A stretch of 64,000 nt of DNA, taken from contig CM121342.1 in the NCBI GenBank assembly GCA_051530055.1, positions 15,949,480-16,013,479 on the forward strand. The letters run 5' to 3'. The translations under genes were made by a program, and so were the position numbers. This stretch comes from Neoechinorhynchus agilis (Eukaryota > Animalia > Acanthocephala). How positions within the stretch are numbered: the first letter of the stretch is position 1; each line of letters starts with the position of its first letter. Of this stretch, positions 36,131-47,784 are shown in pieces. The notes beneath the pieces were generated by a model, which worked only from the letters and a program-made list of their open reading frames with translations, did no database searches and was not told where the DNA came from.

Positions 36131-38284
36131 TTCGACTTGATTTCCAATTATCGAATTTTCACTAATTAGGTGGAAGCTACAACGAACTCAACGGATCGTA
36201 ATAATTTTATTTCGACTTTTATGAACGTTATTGTTATTGTCGGTCCAATGTATATATTCCGACTGATTGAATCAGAGTCATTTTATCAATTCAATCTAAA
36301 ATTTCATAAGAATTTGTCACAACACACACCACATGATTGTTCGTTTTGACTCGGGAACCAGGGATCGTCAATCCGTAGGCGGAGACCCGCCTAAATACAT
36401 TCGTCTCTAATGATCCCTCCACCCGAATGCAATCCTTTACGAACATTTTAGATTTTAAAGGACATAGGGATAGAATATAGTAACCATTGATGGAATCTGA
36501 GATGATCGGATTGCATCGGCAAGGTCTTATAGTCAATTTCGGGCCCCGTGCGAAGAAAAAGCTGCTGGGGATTTACCTAGTTTTGCGTGTGTTAAAACAA
36601 ATCAAGTATCTCATCTTAAAACCACAAAATTTACCGCTTTCAGTCGTAAATAAGTTGAATCAGCAGACGATTTTTTAACTTGCACTTAAATGTCATATTA
36701 CTTCGATCTCCTTTTACTATGACTAAAATGCGTTTTTACGGACGATTACATATTAGCAAAATGTTTGATTTTTTCTACTTAAAAATAGATGCAGTCAAAT
36801 CCGGTTAATTGGAGTACCGGGTAATCGGACCAGCCGACTATTAGGACGAAATTCCAACGAATCGAAATACAAGTATTTAGATGAGCGTAATAAGAGACAT
36901 GTTCTTGTAATCAGATCAGCGGATTATTAGGACCAAAACGATCGCGTCCCGATGTGGTCCGATTAACCCCAGAATCAACTGTATTGCTAACATCAACGTG
37001 AACTTCTTAAAAAAGATTTTTAAGTAATAAAGTTTCATACTTTAAGAGAAGATTATCTATAAACACGTTTTGTCGAAATACAATGTTCGTTCTGTATTTT
37101 CTAGCATTTCTTTTGATTGAATACTTCATCATCCGCAGCACATTCAATCAGGGCGCGAAATCATGGCCGCACCATGGGTAAAGCACCACTTAGAGTGCCA
37201 TAGCGATGGAGAAGTAAAACTCTCGACGCGAGTTAGGTTTGTACTTAAGGATCCAGTGGGCACAATTTATATCCCGAACTTTTGGAAGGGGATGGCGTTT
37301 CCGCAGATACTGTGAGTTAGAGAGTTTTGGACAACAACTCGAGAAAACCCATAACTGCTAAAAAAAGCAGGACGAACTTTCCTCTTCGATGTCTCCACTT
37401 TAAAGCACACTTCACAACTCCACGTTCCTTTGTAGATTCCTGAAGAAGCTATAAGACGGTATAAGCTAGGAAATAAAGATTTTTCTTTATCACTACAACA
37501 GTCCAAGTGTCCATTTTAGAAAATAAAACTTGATTGAATACTTCCATAGGACTGTTTAATCATCTTATTAAATGCCGACAAAATAGCGAAATCATTTCCT
37601 TTTTAGATTGTTAGTTTGTCCTCTTAACTTTATTCAAATTCATAATAAACGGAAAAGCACTATAAACGGTTTTTCATTTAGTTACTTTAGATCACCTTCA
37701 TCCGTTAGATATCTAATGGAATTCAGAAACAAAAGCTCATACGTCTAACGGTGGCAAACTAGTGATCCGTATGATAAGACCACTAAACGGCATTATTATG
37801 ACAAAATAGGGTAAACAAGGAATTACCTCCAAACTCTGTTGTCGCTCTCGTTCAACGCACATACACACGCAAATCCCATAATACTTATCGACGTTTGCGG
37901 ATCTCCCAGGTTAGACTAAGAAGTTCGATTAGAGATCTCCGATGGTTCGAATCGTTGCTTCTGGTATCATGCTCTTAATCGGTATGTACTCATTCCAATA
38001 TTCACAATACAAAATTTAGTTCTAATTTTCATTTAACAATAACGTAAATATTTGGTTTTTGAAACGCCACTTACAGTTTTGTTCCCTGATTTTATTGCTT
38101 TTTTGGCTTTGCGCAAATAGATGATATTGCTTTTTGAAGTGTTTATATTATTAAAATTATTCGAAGATTAAAGTATTCATGCTTGTTTATGACAATTTAT
38201 TATTCCTTAAATTTTTACGCCACAAACAAGCATTATTTAAATTCATCGATAGAAAATCCTTCGGGTTAGTCAAAGTATAATTGT

Positions 38285-38962
38285 GGTGAAAATACTCCGG
38301 GTAATAGCATATTTGATTTATTGGAGATATTTCGCCAGGTAACCTCGTCTCATCAGTCATCTAAAAATATGTTTTACACATTAAGGTTTTAAGCTCTAGT
38401 GCGCGGAATTGCCAAACCCGAAGTTCGGGGTCAGTGATCCGCTCGAACTACCTGCGCTATACTACGTTTTCTCCATGATTTTAGTATTGATTTTTAACAC
38501 GTCGCTGGCTGGGAGTTTCAAGCTAAAATTAGCTTTATTTCCTTCCATTGTGTTGAACACAACGATGTGTAAGACCTCCAAAACAAGACGTCTTTTTAAG
38601 TTTTGCTCTATTTCTATAAAGTTGGTGCCACCAAAATCCGCACGATGCTTACATGTCTCTTGATGATTGGAGATTGCCGAAGAATGCTCAAATCGACTGC
38701 AGGCTTGCTTATGTTGAGCGACCCTCTTCTCAGTGCCTTGCGTGACGTGTTAAAAATCAATACTAAAATCATGGAAAAAACGTAGTATAGCGCAGGTAGT
38801 TCGAGCAGATAATTGGCGCCGAACTCCGGATTTGGCGATCCCGCCCACTTGAGCTTAAAAACTGAATGTGAAAAACATATTTTTAGATGACTGATGAGGC
38901 GAGGTCACCTCGCGAAATATCTCCAATAAATCAAATATGCTATTGCCGGGAGTATTTTCACC
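38285..38962. mobile_element. ~680-bp foldback element with ~218-bp imperfect inverted arms (38285-38503 and 38744-38962), each carrying a hammerhead-core motif
   Basis: The arms are reverse complements, e.g. ggtgaaaatactcc…/…ggagtattttcacc and gaactacctgcgctatactacgttt/aaacgtagtatagcgcaggtagttc. CTGATGA…GAAA occurs at 38891-38917 (+) and 38329-38356 (-). Confidence 0.8.
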
Positions 38963-39103
38963 TTAATCATACTTTGACTTCGCGCAATTTTTAGAAGTTT
39001 TATCAATTTTTTGCTTCATTAACAGATAATTTAAGTAAATGAACGCATTCTTGATTTCCTCCGCAATTCAATATTGTATTTATTCTTGAAGAAAGGACAG
39101 TGA

Positions 39104-40141
39104 ATGGGTAAATTCGAGCTTTTTACCTCGTTTCCGTATACACTTGTCTCTTATGATTCTTGTTTAGCCGTCTCCTTAACCTACGAGAATTTGGATGTTC
39201 CTGGTTCAGCGATCAGGCTACGAAGGCAAATCGTAGACGGCATTGTACGCAATGAAGGAGTCAAACCCAAAAAACCAGGCTCAGGAAGTTCTCCAGGAAT
39301 AGAAGGCGATTTATGCGACGATATTTCCATTGCAGAAAATGATCCTCAATGTAGCATCTTTCGTTCTCGTAAGAAGACTAAATCGGGTACTCAAATCGGT
39401 GGAGGTGTGGGTCGAGGACCTGTTCATGAGTACCAAAGACAACAGCATAAAAGTCACGACAGGTAAATCTTTTTTGTGTTGAAGGTATTCGTTGAACTTT
39501 ATTTTTAGGACGAAGAAGATATTAAAGGGTTTGGCCATTGCTGGTTTGACAAAGTTGGGAATGGCCGTAAAAAGGCGTATGATGGACAAACATCGAACTG
39601 GAGGTCGTGTTCCGAGCTTCATGGATTCCAATGGTTTGAATGGTGGTGGTCATATTTGCTCAAATGAACAAATCCCCAGGAAAAAGTTTACATGCCCAGT
39701 AGAAACGTTCAATGCGGACGAGACATACTGCTGCGGACCTCCAGGTAGACAGTGGTGTTGCAATGAACGGTAAGCAGATTTTAATATCTTATAGTCCAAT
39801 GAATATTTCTTGAATTGTGTAGAGAATATCATCAGGTACAGAGCGCTGCGAAGGCAGTTGGCGGACGACGTCGGTCAAAAGGCGGCATGAGTATTTTCAA
39901 ATTGCTAATATTGATAATTTTGCTACCGGTTGGGTTTGCAGTTATTCTGATCGCATGTGCATGCTCCGCTATGTGTGGATTAAGGGATATGCTATGTGGG
40001 ATCTTATCAGGTAAAAGTTATAACCGAATACCAATGTTTTCTTTATTAAACCATGCTTAATTCTGTCCGTATTTAGAATTCAACGGATCGGACGATAACT
40101 CGCGAGGAGAAGGATACGAGGAATCAGCGACGGATCCATAA
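39104..40141 (+). CDS. Shisa-like Cys-rich single-pass membrane protein, 4 exons
   Basis: Introns 39463-39508, 39770-39822 and 40011-40076 (all GT-AG) give one open frame. CPVETFNADETYCCGPPGRQWCC is followed by a transmembrane segment (IFKLLILIILLPVGFAVILIACACSAMC). Confidence 0.7.
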
Positions 40142-41094
40142 ATATAATTTAGATTTCTTAAGGACAAAGTAGTTTAGTTACAATATTTGTTTTAAAAGTA
40201 ACTGATGAACGGTGCGCCGGAAATGTAGCTCTGGCTAATAAAACGGATCATTTACCAACTTCCTTGGAAGGTATTCATCCACTAATGTATTCTGATATCG
40301 CATCACGATGCTTTCCAATTCACACTTCGGTCTAATACCTCCCATCGTATCATCGATTGCAATCAACCCCATCGATCGTGGACCGAAAGTGAGTGTATTA
40401 TATGACACCCATATTTTCACAGAACGTCTCACGGTTCTAGGAAGGTATTCCACACTCTTTAAATCATAACACACTTGCTCGACGCTCTAAGGGAGGCAAA
40501 GACTCCAAGAAAATATATCTCTAAGTGTACAATGAGCTCCCTCGTGAGCACCAGGCACTTAAATAATTGGATTGAAATTAGAAAAAAAGTTATCTTGTCT
40601 AAATTCTGCGAGCTAACAGTAATTTGAAGTTCACTGCATTTTTAATACTCGAAATAACGAGTTGGTCGTTGATGGCGCTAAGAACTTTTTGATCATCCGC
40701 AAAATTTACTAATTTAAAAGTGGGCCGGCATAACGTCCTTCGGCCGAAACGTTAGGTATTCACCATCCCAAAGTACAGAAAGTTGCAACTAAGCACTTAC
40801 AAGTTCCTGAATTCTTATAAAACAATGATGAGAAACAATGAAAAATTTTTCACCCAGAAATTATTTGCGCGAGCGTACTTTAACAGGAGTGATGAACGTT
40901 CACAGTTTAACGAGTCTCGACAAAAGAATCCGATATTAAAGGCTTCACAATGTTGCGTGGATTTAAGAATAACGGCTGAAAAAATAGGCCCATTTCGCCA
41001 ATCGGACTTTCACTCTGAGTCGTGGTAGTTATAGGGTAGTGTTTGATAATTCAAAAGAGAAAATCCCATAAAAGGAGTCCATTATAAAGTTTTA

Positions 41095-41290
41095 TTTTTA
41101 AGTCCAACCTCACAAGCTTTCTTGCAAACAACATCCGTCAATTCCCACATAAACGGACATCCCCGACCGGATTTGCCAACTCGACCGAGCCCTTAATCCA
41201 CTCAAAAATCAAGAACCGGTTGTTTATGAAGACCCAAAGGTACATTGGTGTAATTTCTTAAGCAAATATAATAAAACGTGTTATTATTAT
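41095..41290 (+). mobile_element. Short 3'-end fragment of the CR1/L2-like LINE
   Basis: …aactcgaccgag…gacccaaaggtacat…aataaaacgtgttattattat, as at 31256 and 61480. Confidence 0.7.
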
Positions 41291-41646
41291 AAGTGTTGCA
41301 TCAATACCTATAACATTATACTTTTCAAAATTTTTGACCTAAACAATTGAACTTATATAATCGCGATTGATGTTCAACCGGCGTTTGGTTGGTTGTTAGT
41401 TTACGTAATAAAGAAGTTTCTTAACATTGAGCCTTCCATTATCTCTAACAAGTAGCGTTAATATCAGCCATTAAAGCCTCTAAAAAGCCGTAATTACGGC
41501 AAACAATGAAATTGTCAAATACAACAAGCTTAAAATCTGCGAAATTGGAAGCTTAATTTGTTCTATGATTGTTAAACTGTCAAAATTATGGTTAAAATTA
41601 AGTCCCACATAAGTCAAATCGAATAACTCGCTCAGGTAATCGAGCA

Positions 41647-42402
41647 ATGAAACTTGTTATCAATACTATAAGTCTCTTCATTCTATTGGTATGGATTAGA
41701 AAATCACGTGAAAAACCATATTTTTATTTATCAGCTGAAGAATTCCGACCCTACATCGTTTTAAAGCACGGTGAATCAACGGGTGAATTCCGAATAGTAT
41801 CCATCGATAACAACACAATAATTGAACTTGGTGTTGATTTTCAGCAGCCATTGTTCCGACTACAATCTAATATTGAACAAATATTAGCAGTCACTGAATT
41901 CAAAGAGCGATTTAAATACTTTACTTATAGTCATAACGATATTATTGATGTAGAGAACAACAACGTATTTTTACGAGAATTGGAGAACCCCAGTTGGATT
42001 TCAGCATTGGTTTATCTCCTAGAGAAGAACTTAATTCATGACAAGATCGTGGTATTTGTTCATACGGGTCCTGAGACGTTCTCTTATCTGAATCAGGTAT
42101 TGGAGACCAATCGGTTCGAACAGATTCGTTTGACCGGTGGACGAATGGCAAAAATGTTTTCAATAAGTATGCGGAGTGTTCTACTTAATAATGAGGATAT
42201 TGTGTTCCTTATTATGTACTATGCTTTTGTTTCGATTTTCGTCAAATTGATATTATCGGTTTGTTCGGCGTTCCCTGCAATAAAACGGAGAATTTGCCGA
42301 CTCGCTAATTGTAGACGAACAGCGACATTACATCGAGTCGCCAATGAAAATTCGAACCCTCAGTTGTATGTAATAAAAGATTTTTGGGAGATAGACTTAT
42401 GA
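41647..42402 (+). CDS. Orphan 251-aa predicted type I membrane protein
   Basis: Intronless ORF with a hydrophobic N-terminus (MKLVINTISLFILLVWI) and a C-proximal hydrophobic helix (IVFLIMYYAFVSIFVKLILSVC). Confidence 0.55.
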   Translation: MKLVINTISLFILLVWIRKSREKPYFYLSAEEFRPYIVLKHGESTGEFRIVSIDNNTIIELGVDFQQPLFRLQSNIEQILAVTEFKERFKYFTYSHNDIIDVENNNVFLRELENPSWISALVYLLEKNLIHDKIVVFVHTGPETFSYLNQVLETNRFEQIRLTGGRMAKMFSISMRSVLLNNEDIVFLIMYYAFVSIFVKLILSVCSAFPAIKRRICRLANCRRTATLHRVANENSNPQLYVIKDFWEIDL

Positions 42403-42834
42403 TTTCAAAAAATTAATTTTATACGGGGATATATAATAGTAGTTTGGAAGGCATCTACGCATTCCAATCTTTAATAACTATACAAGTGATTTACCGTACT
42501 GGTCGTTGCAGAGGCATTTTAATTTTTACGGCAATAGACGAGACATTTTTCACGTAGTGGACGAAATAAAGAAAAATGATTTAATTTGATTAATATTTCG
42601 TCTTCTACGTGGGATTTCTTCACATAGAGGACGAAAAGTTAATAAAATTAAATAATTTTTCTTTATTTCGCTTGGCTAGAAACAATTTATCGATAACATC
42701 TTGACAATAAACGAAATATTTTTTAATAAGTTATAAAGGAGACAATCGATACGTCCGTTTTCGCAATCATAAATAGGTGAGATCAGTCAAATTGTTTGCT
42801 TTTTTAGCGCTTTAGAAAACTTCATTCGAAAGAC

Positions 42835-43105
42835 ATACGTTATGGTTGTTCGGCAGCTTCCTTGATGGCCACGGCATTGCCGCGTTGGATCGATGCGCTG
42901 ATTCGCTGCGGTAGGGAGCTGCTGGAGCGCATATCGCCGGTGGCAAATTACAGCATCTTACCCAGTCGGGAGAGGAAATAATCGGCTTCTTTTCCGAGGC
43001 ATCCCAGTGTTTCCACTGCAATCGGGATGAACATATATTGATGCTCATCGAGCGACGAATACTTATGCCGCTTCTTTTCCTTGCTGAAGCTCGCGACTGC
43101 TCCCG
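42835..43105 (-). mobile_element. CRE-like RLE C-terminal remnant
   Basis: The minus frame reads KRHKYSSLDEHQYMFIPIAVETLGCLGKEA…QRISASIQRGNAVAI. Confidence 0.8.
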
Positions 43106-44275
43106 CTAACACGTTTATTTTTTAATAAGAATTGGACCCATGTACCTTTGGACCAACATGAACACTCGAGTTCAGAGCTGTTTAAAGAATGCGAATGTTT
43201 ATTATTAAGTATATTACTGTTTTGGTCGGGGGAAGTCCGTTCGGGTGGGATTATCGGATATTGTTTGCAGGAGAGCGAAGGTTGGATATGCGCGTAGGTG
43301 ATCGTTGGTATTATAGCGATGTTATAAAAGTACTTTAGGTCCTTGGATGGGAATCCAAGGAGTCGGCGGCGTTTAAGAAGATAGAGCTTAATGAAAATTT
43401 TATGTAATGAAATCGATGTGTGCCTGTCCAATTTTAGATTTTCTGAAAATGGAAACCAACAATACGAACAGAGGAGACACGGTTGAAAGGTAAAGGGAGA
43501 AGTGATTAATCAAAAAGGCGATTGGAGATTGAAGGGACTACTTCAAAGCACTTGGTTAAGTTAAGGGTAAGACATTTGGATGAACAAACCGCCTGAACGT
43601 GAGAAATTCGTTAGAAGTAATTAAGAGTGAGAGAGTGTCGGATGCATGCGTAATGGTTGTAAGATCATCAGCATACAAGAAGTATTTAGAATAAGAAGAT
43701 GGAATAAGATCGTTCAGGAAAATGTTGAAAAGAATGGGGAGGAAACAGTTCCTTGGTGAACTCCCTTGTTGATTGCTAAGGTGTTTGAGGCTATGCTCCC
43801 TATTTCCATAAATTGTGATCTATTGTTTAGGAAGGAATTCAACCATTTGAATTGCCAGGCGGCAAGACCAAATTTAGAGCATGTGCCAAGGACAAGGTTA
43901 TGATCAACGGAATCAAAAGCTTTATGAATGTCGACTTGAATGAGTCGAGAGATGAATAGAGGTTGTGAAGGACGTCCGTGCAAGACCGAATTTAATGGGT
44001 GACCTTTTTCGATTGAAGATTTGCAGAATATGTGCTTTAAAGCATCTCTCTAAGACTTTTAATAAGGAAGGTGAGATAGAGATGGCCCGAAAACTCGAGG
44101 TGGATATAAGTTTACCTGCTTTCGGGAATAGGGCTACCCGAACTGTTTTAGGGCAATAAGGGAAGATTCCGGTTTTGAAACTTTGGTTGATTATATGGGT
44201 AAATGGATCAATTAAGTCTGGGATGATAAAGCGTGATACAGATACTTCAATGGCTTTTTGTTGACGAACCTCCAT
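43105..44275 (-). mobile_element. CR1/L2-like LINE copy (RT to 3' end), internally deleted
   Basis: FRAISISPSLLKVLERC, QVDIHKAFDSVDH and GVHQGTVSSP; reverse-complement terminal motif aacacgtttatt at ~43110. Confidence 0.85.
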
Positions 44276-44907
44276 GAACGGGAGGTTTTCTCTCGCCGTT
44301 TTCGTTCGTCTACTTTTAGAGTTTTCTTAAAGCGAATGATTAGCGCAACAAAATACCTAAAAATTCTTTATCAATATAACCCTGTTGCTCAATATGCTAT
44401 ATAAAAACTTTTCATTCTACATGTTTTCATTTAATTAATAAAATTATATACGGTTTAATGTGATCGAATATTTCGTACGGCCAAGGAACTAAACCAGAAA
44501 ATTTTAGTAATTCAGAATAAGCGTTTAGATCATTAGTGACCATTAATCGTCCGTTATCACTGTGCACGGTACATATTATTTAAATTTCATTGGATAGTTT
44601 TCATCCTTAGTTCAACCATTACTGCACTATATCCGTTGGATTTCGACTAATCAGTGAATCTGGGGAAACGATGCATCGTCCAAACTCCATATCTCTTCGC
44701 AATGAACATAAATGTAGAACCTTATTCAGACTTCTGTTTGTTGACCTTCTCGCCCTCGCGGTATCTTGCGAAGGGCAAAAAAATATCCACAACGCCGCAA
44801 GGAACAGATTCTAGCAAAACACCGAAGCGCGGTCACTTTCTATACGAATGGTAGAAAGAGAAATATCAATTTAATTTCGAATGGTTTGATTCTAGAAAAT
44901 GCTTTTT

Positions 44908-46563
44908 TTAAAGTTCCTCGATGTTATTTACCCTCAAGCGGATGATACCAATCGCTGAAGTCGCTTGTGCGACTGCTCGAGCCAACTTCATTTCAGTTTC
45001 CCGGATATCTTCCAACAAACATTTTAACCTTTCTAGTGAAGCCTTGCTCCTATCATCGCCTGTTTTACTCGCATTCTCGTGCAAAGCAGAATTTTTGTTT
45101 AGTTCCTTCAACAAATTCTCATCGCGTCTCAATAACGCTTTTCCATTTTGTATTAGAGATACACGCATATCCGGATAAACTTCTAGAACGTCGTTGAGAT
45201 CCTTGCTCGATAACGCCAGCAGTCTGCTGAATCCAACACTTATAACGGTTGCAGTTCGGCGTCCAACGAGCGTGTTGCCGAATCTTGTCACTGTGTTTAA
45301 AAGACTTATTTCTCCTAAAACGGTACCAGCGCTTAAGAAGTTAGATTTGCTGTTCGCATGACCTCGATCGACTATTAGTTTTCCCTCTTTAACAATAAAC
45401 ATTTGTCTGCCTATGTCTCCCTTTCTGCATATTATTTCATTCGGTCCAAAGGATAAAAGTTTAAGTTTTTTAGCCACTTCACGAAGAAATCCTGGATCTG
45501 AGGATTGAGCAAACAGTTGAACACTTTGTAGAGTCTTTAGGTATGCATTTGATGCGAGTCGATCTTGTATTTTTGAGGGAAGAAATCTTTGTACATCATC
45601 GCTGTTATGCCCGGTTGTATGCTTTAACCAAGTAACAATACGCTTCTTAAGACTTTCGCTAATTGATTTTCTAGCCAGAAAAGATCTTATCATATCGAAT
45701 TGGATTTGAAACGAAATCAAAGTACTGTTGGAGTCATAAAGAAGGGCTCCAACATCGTCCACAATCGTCGCAAAGATTACCAAAGCAGCAAGGAAGTCAA
45801 TGATCATAAAAATCATTTCAATCGATAGTTCTGCCCTGTCAGTTTCTCCAATATTAGTGAGCACAATCGTTGACCACATTGCGCAATCAGCGTATTTCCT
45901 AAGAAGATCGAATTTGAGTTGTTGATGGTGATAGAACCAATGATCTGGTTCATAAAGTCCAGTTAGATTTGAAAGCCACGACGATACTGCATAGTAAAGG
46001 CAGGCATTCCAATGAATAACTGCAAAGAATGCAAATGACAATACACTGATTTTTAAGATGTTAGTTCTATCTATTCGGATCTCGATTTTCTGAAACATAT
46101 CCTTAAGAACATGATATCTGATGAGCCTATTAAGTCGTAAAATCTCCGGCGTTAGATTATAGCGCTCGAGTTGCACAAACTTAAACAGTCTTGGTCCGTA
46201 ATCAAAGGGAATTGTACTTAGGACGTCCATCGCGAAATGGTCGTCTTTGTAAAACTTTCTGATTCCTTCAACCTTCCTGTTATCTTTGCCTGTGATTATG
46301 GCTTTTCTCCTCCGTAAATGGATTTGTACAAAAAGGTCCCCAATGAACATTAGGTCAGCGCTAAGATCGAGAGCAAGCCATATTCCGTAGTGTCTCGATC
46401 GAGTTTCATAAAACGCCGACCGAAAAGCAATTGCAATCAGATTATAGCCAAAGGCAAGTGTCATGAACACAAGCCATCCGGTGTAAGCAGTCGAGCTGGC
46501 ATCAAAGAGAGCATTCGCTCTCGTCAAGAGATATAAAGGATTAATGATTCTCACTTTACCCAC
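44908..46563 (-). CDS. Cyclic nucleotide-gated cation channel, alpha (CNGA/TAX-4-like) subunit; intronless over ~550 aa, N-terminus uncertain (ORF starts at GTG)
   Basis: S1 GWLVFMTLAFGYN, S4 LRLNRLIR, IHWNACLYY, pore WSTIVLTNIGET, S6 IDFLAALVIFATIV, C-linker, CNBD (ICRKGDIGRQMFIVKEG…GEISLL…RRTATV). Confidence 0.9.
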   Translation of the reverse strand: MGKVRIINPLYLLTRANALFDASSTAYTGWLVFMTLAFGYNLIAIAFRSAFYETRSRHYGIWLALDLSADLMFIGDLFVQIHLRRRKAIITGKDNRKVEGIRKFYKDDHFAMDVLSTIPFDYGPRLFKFVQLERYNLTPEILRLNRLIRYHVLKDMFQKIEIRIDRTNILKISVLSFAFFAVIHWNACLYYAVSSWLSNLTGLYEPDHWFYHHQQLKFDLLRKYADCAMWSTIVLTNIGETDRAELSIEMIFMIIDFLAALVIFATIVDDVGALLYDSNSTLISFQIQFDMIRSFLARKSISESLKKRIVTWLKHTTGHNSDDVQRFLPSKIQDRLASNAYLKTLQSVQLFAQSSDPGFLREVAKKLKLLSFGPNEIICRKGDIGRQMFIVKEGKLIVDRGHANSKSNFLSAGTVLGEISLLNTVTRFGNTLVGRRTATVISVGFSRLLALSSKDLNDVLEVYPDMRVSLIQNGKALLRRDENLLKELNKNSALHENASKTGDDRSKASLERLKCLLEDIRETEMKLARAVAQATSAIGIIRLRVNNIEEL

Positions 46564-47301
46564 AATTCGAACTCAGTTCGTGCACATTCGCTGCTTTTCT
46601 TTACTTTGACAGCATGCCTCGTTTTTAACCTAGAGAACCCAAAAGACTATTTTAAGGCTGCGATACACCGTTTCTAGTTTGCCATAAGTAAAAGAGTGTG
46701 TGGGCATGGGAATACAAATGCACGTAAGATGTTGTTCATTAAAAGGTTTCCAAATCGTTGTATTAAGCTTAATAGTTTAAAAAACTGATAGACCATGAAA
46801 AATATTGCATCAAAAGTTAAAACACCTTCAAATCATAAGTTAACTTGCGGCAATTAAAAATCCACTTTCCGAAACGACGAATCCAAAATAATCTACGTTT
46901 TAAACAAGAAAAGATAAAGAATGTGTGCCGTCGATGTTTTCATTTCTGAAGAATAATCGTTTTAATTGATAGGCGTAGGTTTAATAAACTGGATTGTATT
47001 CCATAAAAACAATTCTCAATTACTCTTCGGCCAATTTACTTAAAAATCAATGAAGTGCCACAGGAAACAAAGAAAACCTATCTTGATTGTTTATACTAAA
47101 TGATAAAAAAAGTAGAACAAGTGAAGACTTTCAAAGGCGAAGTGTATTTTAAGTTTCAGACAGTTATTTACAACACAAGCATGTTTTCGTTTGGCCCAAA
47201 TCTTTGGCCTCGCTCGCATCAATTCCGTCACTAAGTGCTCGGTGATCATTTATATTTCTACAGATACAGGGAGGTAGATCTCTCAATCATACATTCATCT
47301 G

Positions 47302-47784
47302 CTACATATATTTTGACTTACTGCTATCACTAAGCTCGGACTTAAAATCGAATAGATAGTCGGCTTGCCTCGGCTTGGATTTCATGAGATGGTCAATCGC
47401 TTCATCGAGCTCCATCCACTTTCGTTTTCGACCGATCGATTTCTCAGGCCACGTCTCATCCTCGTATTCCACATTAAAAATAAACACCGTGGTTATACTT
47501 TTCGATTCCTCGTTTAAATATTCATTTAAGTGTTTAATAATTTGTCCTCGTATTCCAGCTTCTTCGTAGACTTCCCGCTTGGCTGCTTCGGCACCACTTT
47601 CACCATTCTCAATCCCACCGCCTGGAATAACAAATTTGTCTGATTTCTTGGAGGAGCTCACAAGGAGAACTCTTTCTGGTCGATTGGTTCGAATGCATAC
47701 ACAAGCCGCTCGCATGGTGTATCCTTGTCCATTTTGTAGTCGTTGTTTAACTTTTCCATTTTTCGACCGAATAAAGGTGCTCAT
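47302..47784 (-). CDS. Diphosphoinositol polyphosphate phosphohydrolase (NUDT3/4/Aps-like Nudix hydrolase)
   Basis: RAACVC…VLLVSSS…IPGGGIENGESGAEAAKREVYEEAGIRG (Nudix box) and IGRKRKW. The likely start is the ATG at 47784, after TTTTAG-AAGAA. Confidence 0.9.
   Translation of the reverse strand: MSTFIRSKNGKVKQRLQNGQGYTMRAACVCIRTNRPERVLLVSSSKKSDKFVIPGGGIENGESGAEAAKREVYEEAGIRGQIIKHLNEYLNEESKSITTVFIFNVEYEDETWPEKSIGRKRKWMELDEAIDHLMKSKPRQADYLFDFKSELSDSSKSKYM

Noticed and set aside
36291-37990. Possible minus-strand spliced gene; HLDC…WSCEVC looked like half a PHD finger
   Set aside because: Splice signals are present, but I could not assemble a consistent frame or find the first half of the PHD.
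40235-40490. Coding-looking minus-strand exon (SVEQVCYDLKSVEYL…)
   Set aside because: No start or partner exon could be linked and no family was recognised.
40723-40760. ggccg…cggcc-GAAAC-GTT resembles the 3' half of a hammerhead
   Set aside because: There is no CUGANGA upstream, so at best it is a decayed remnant.
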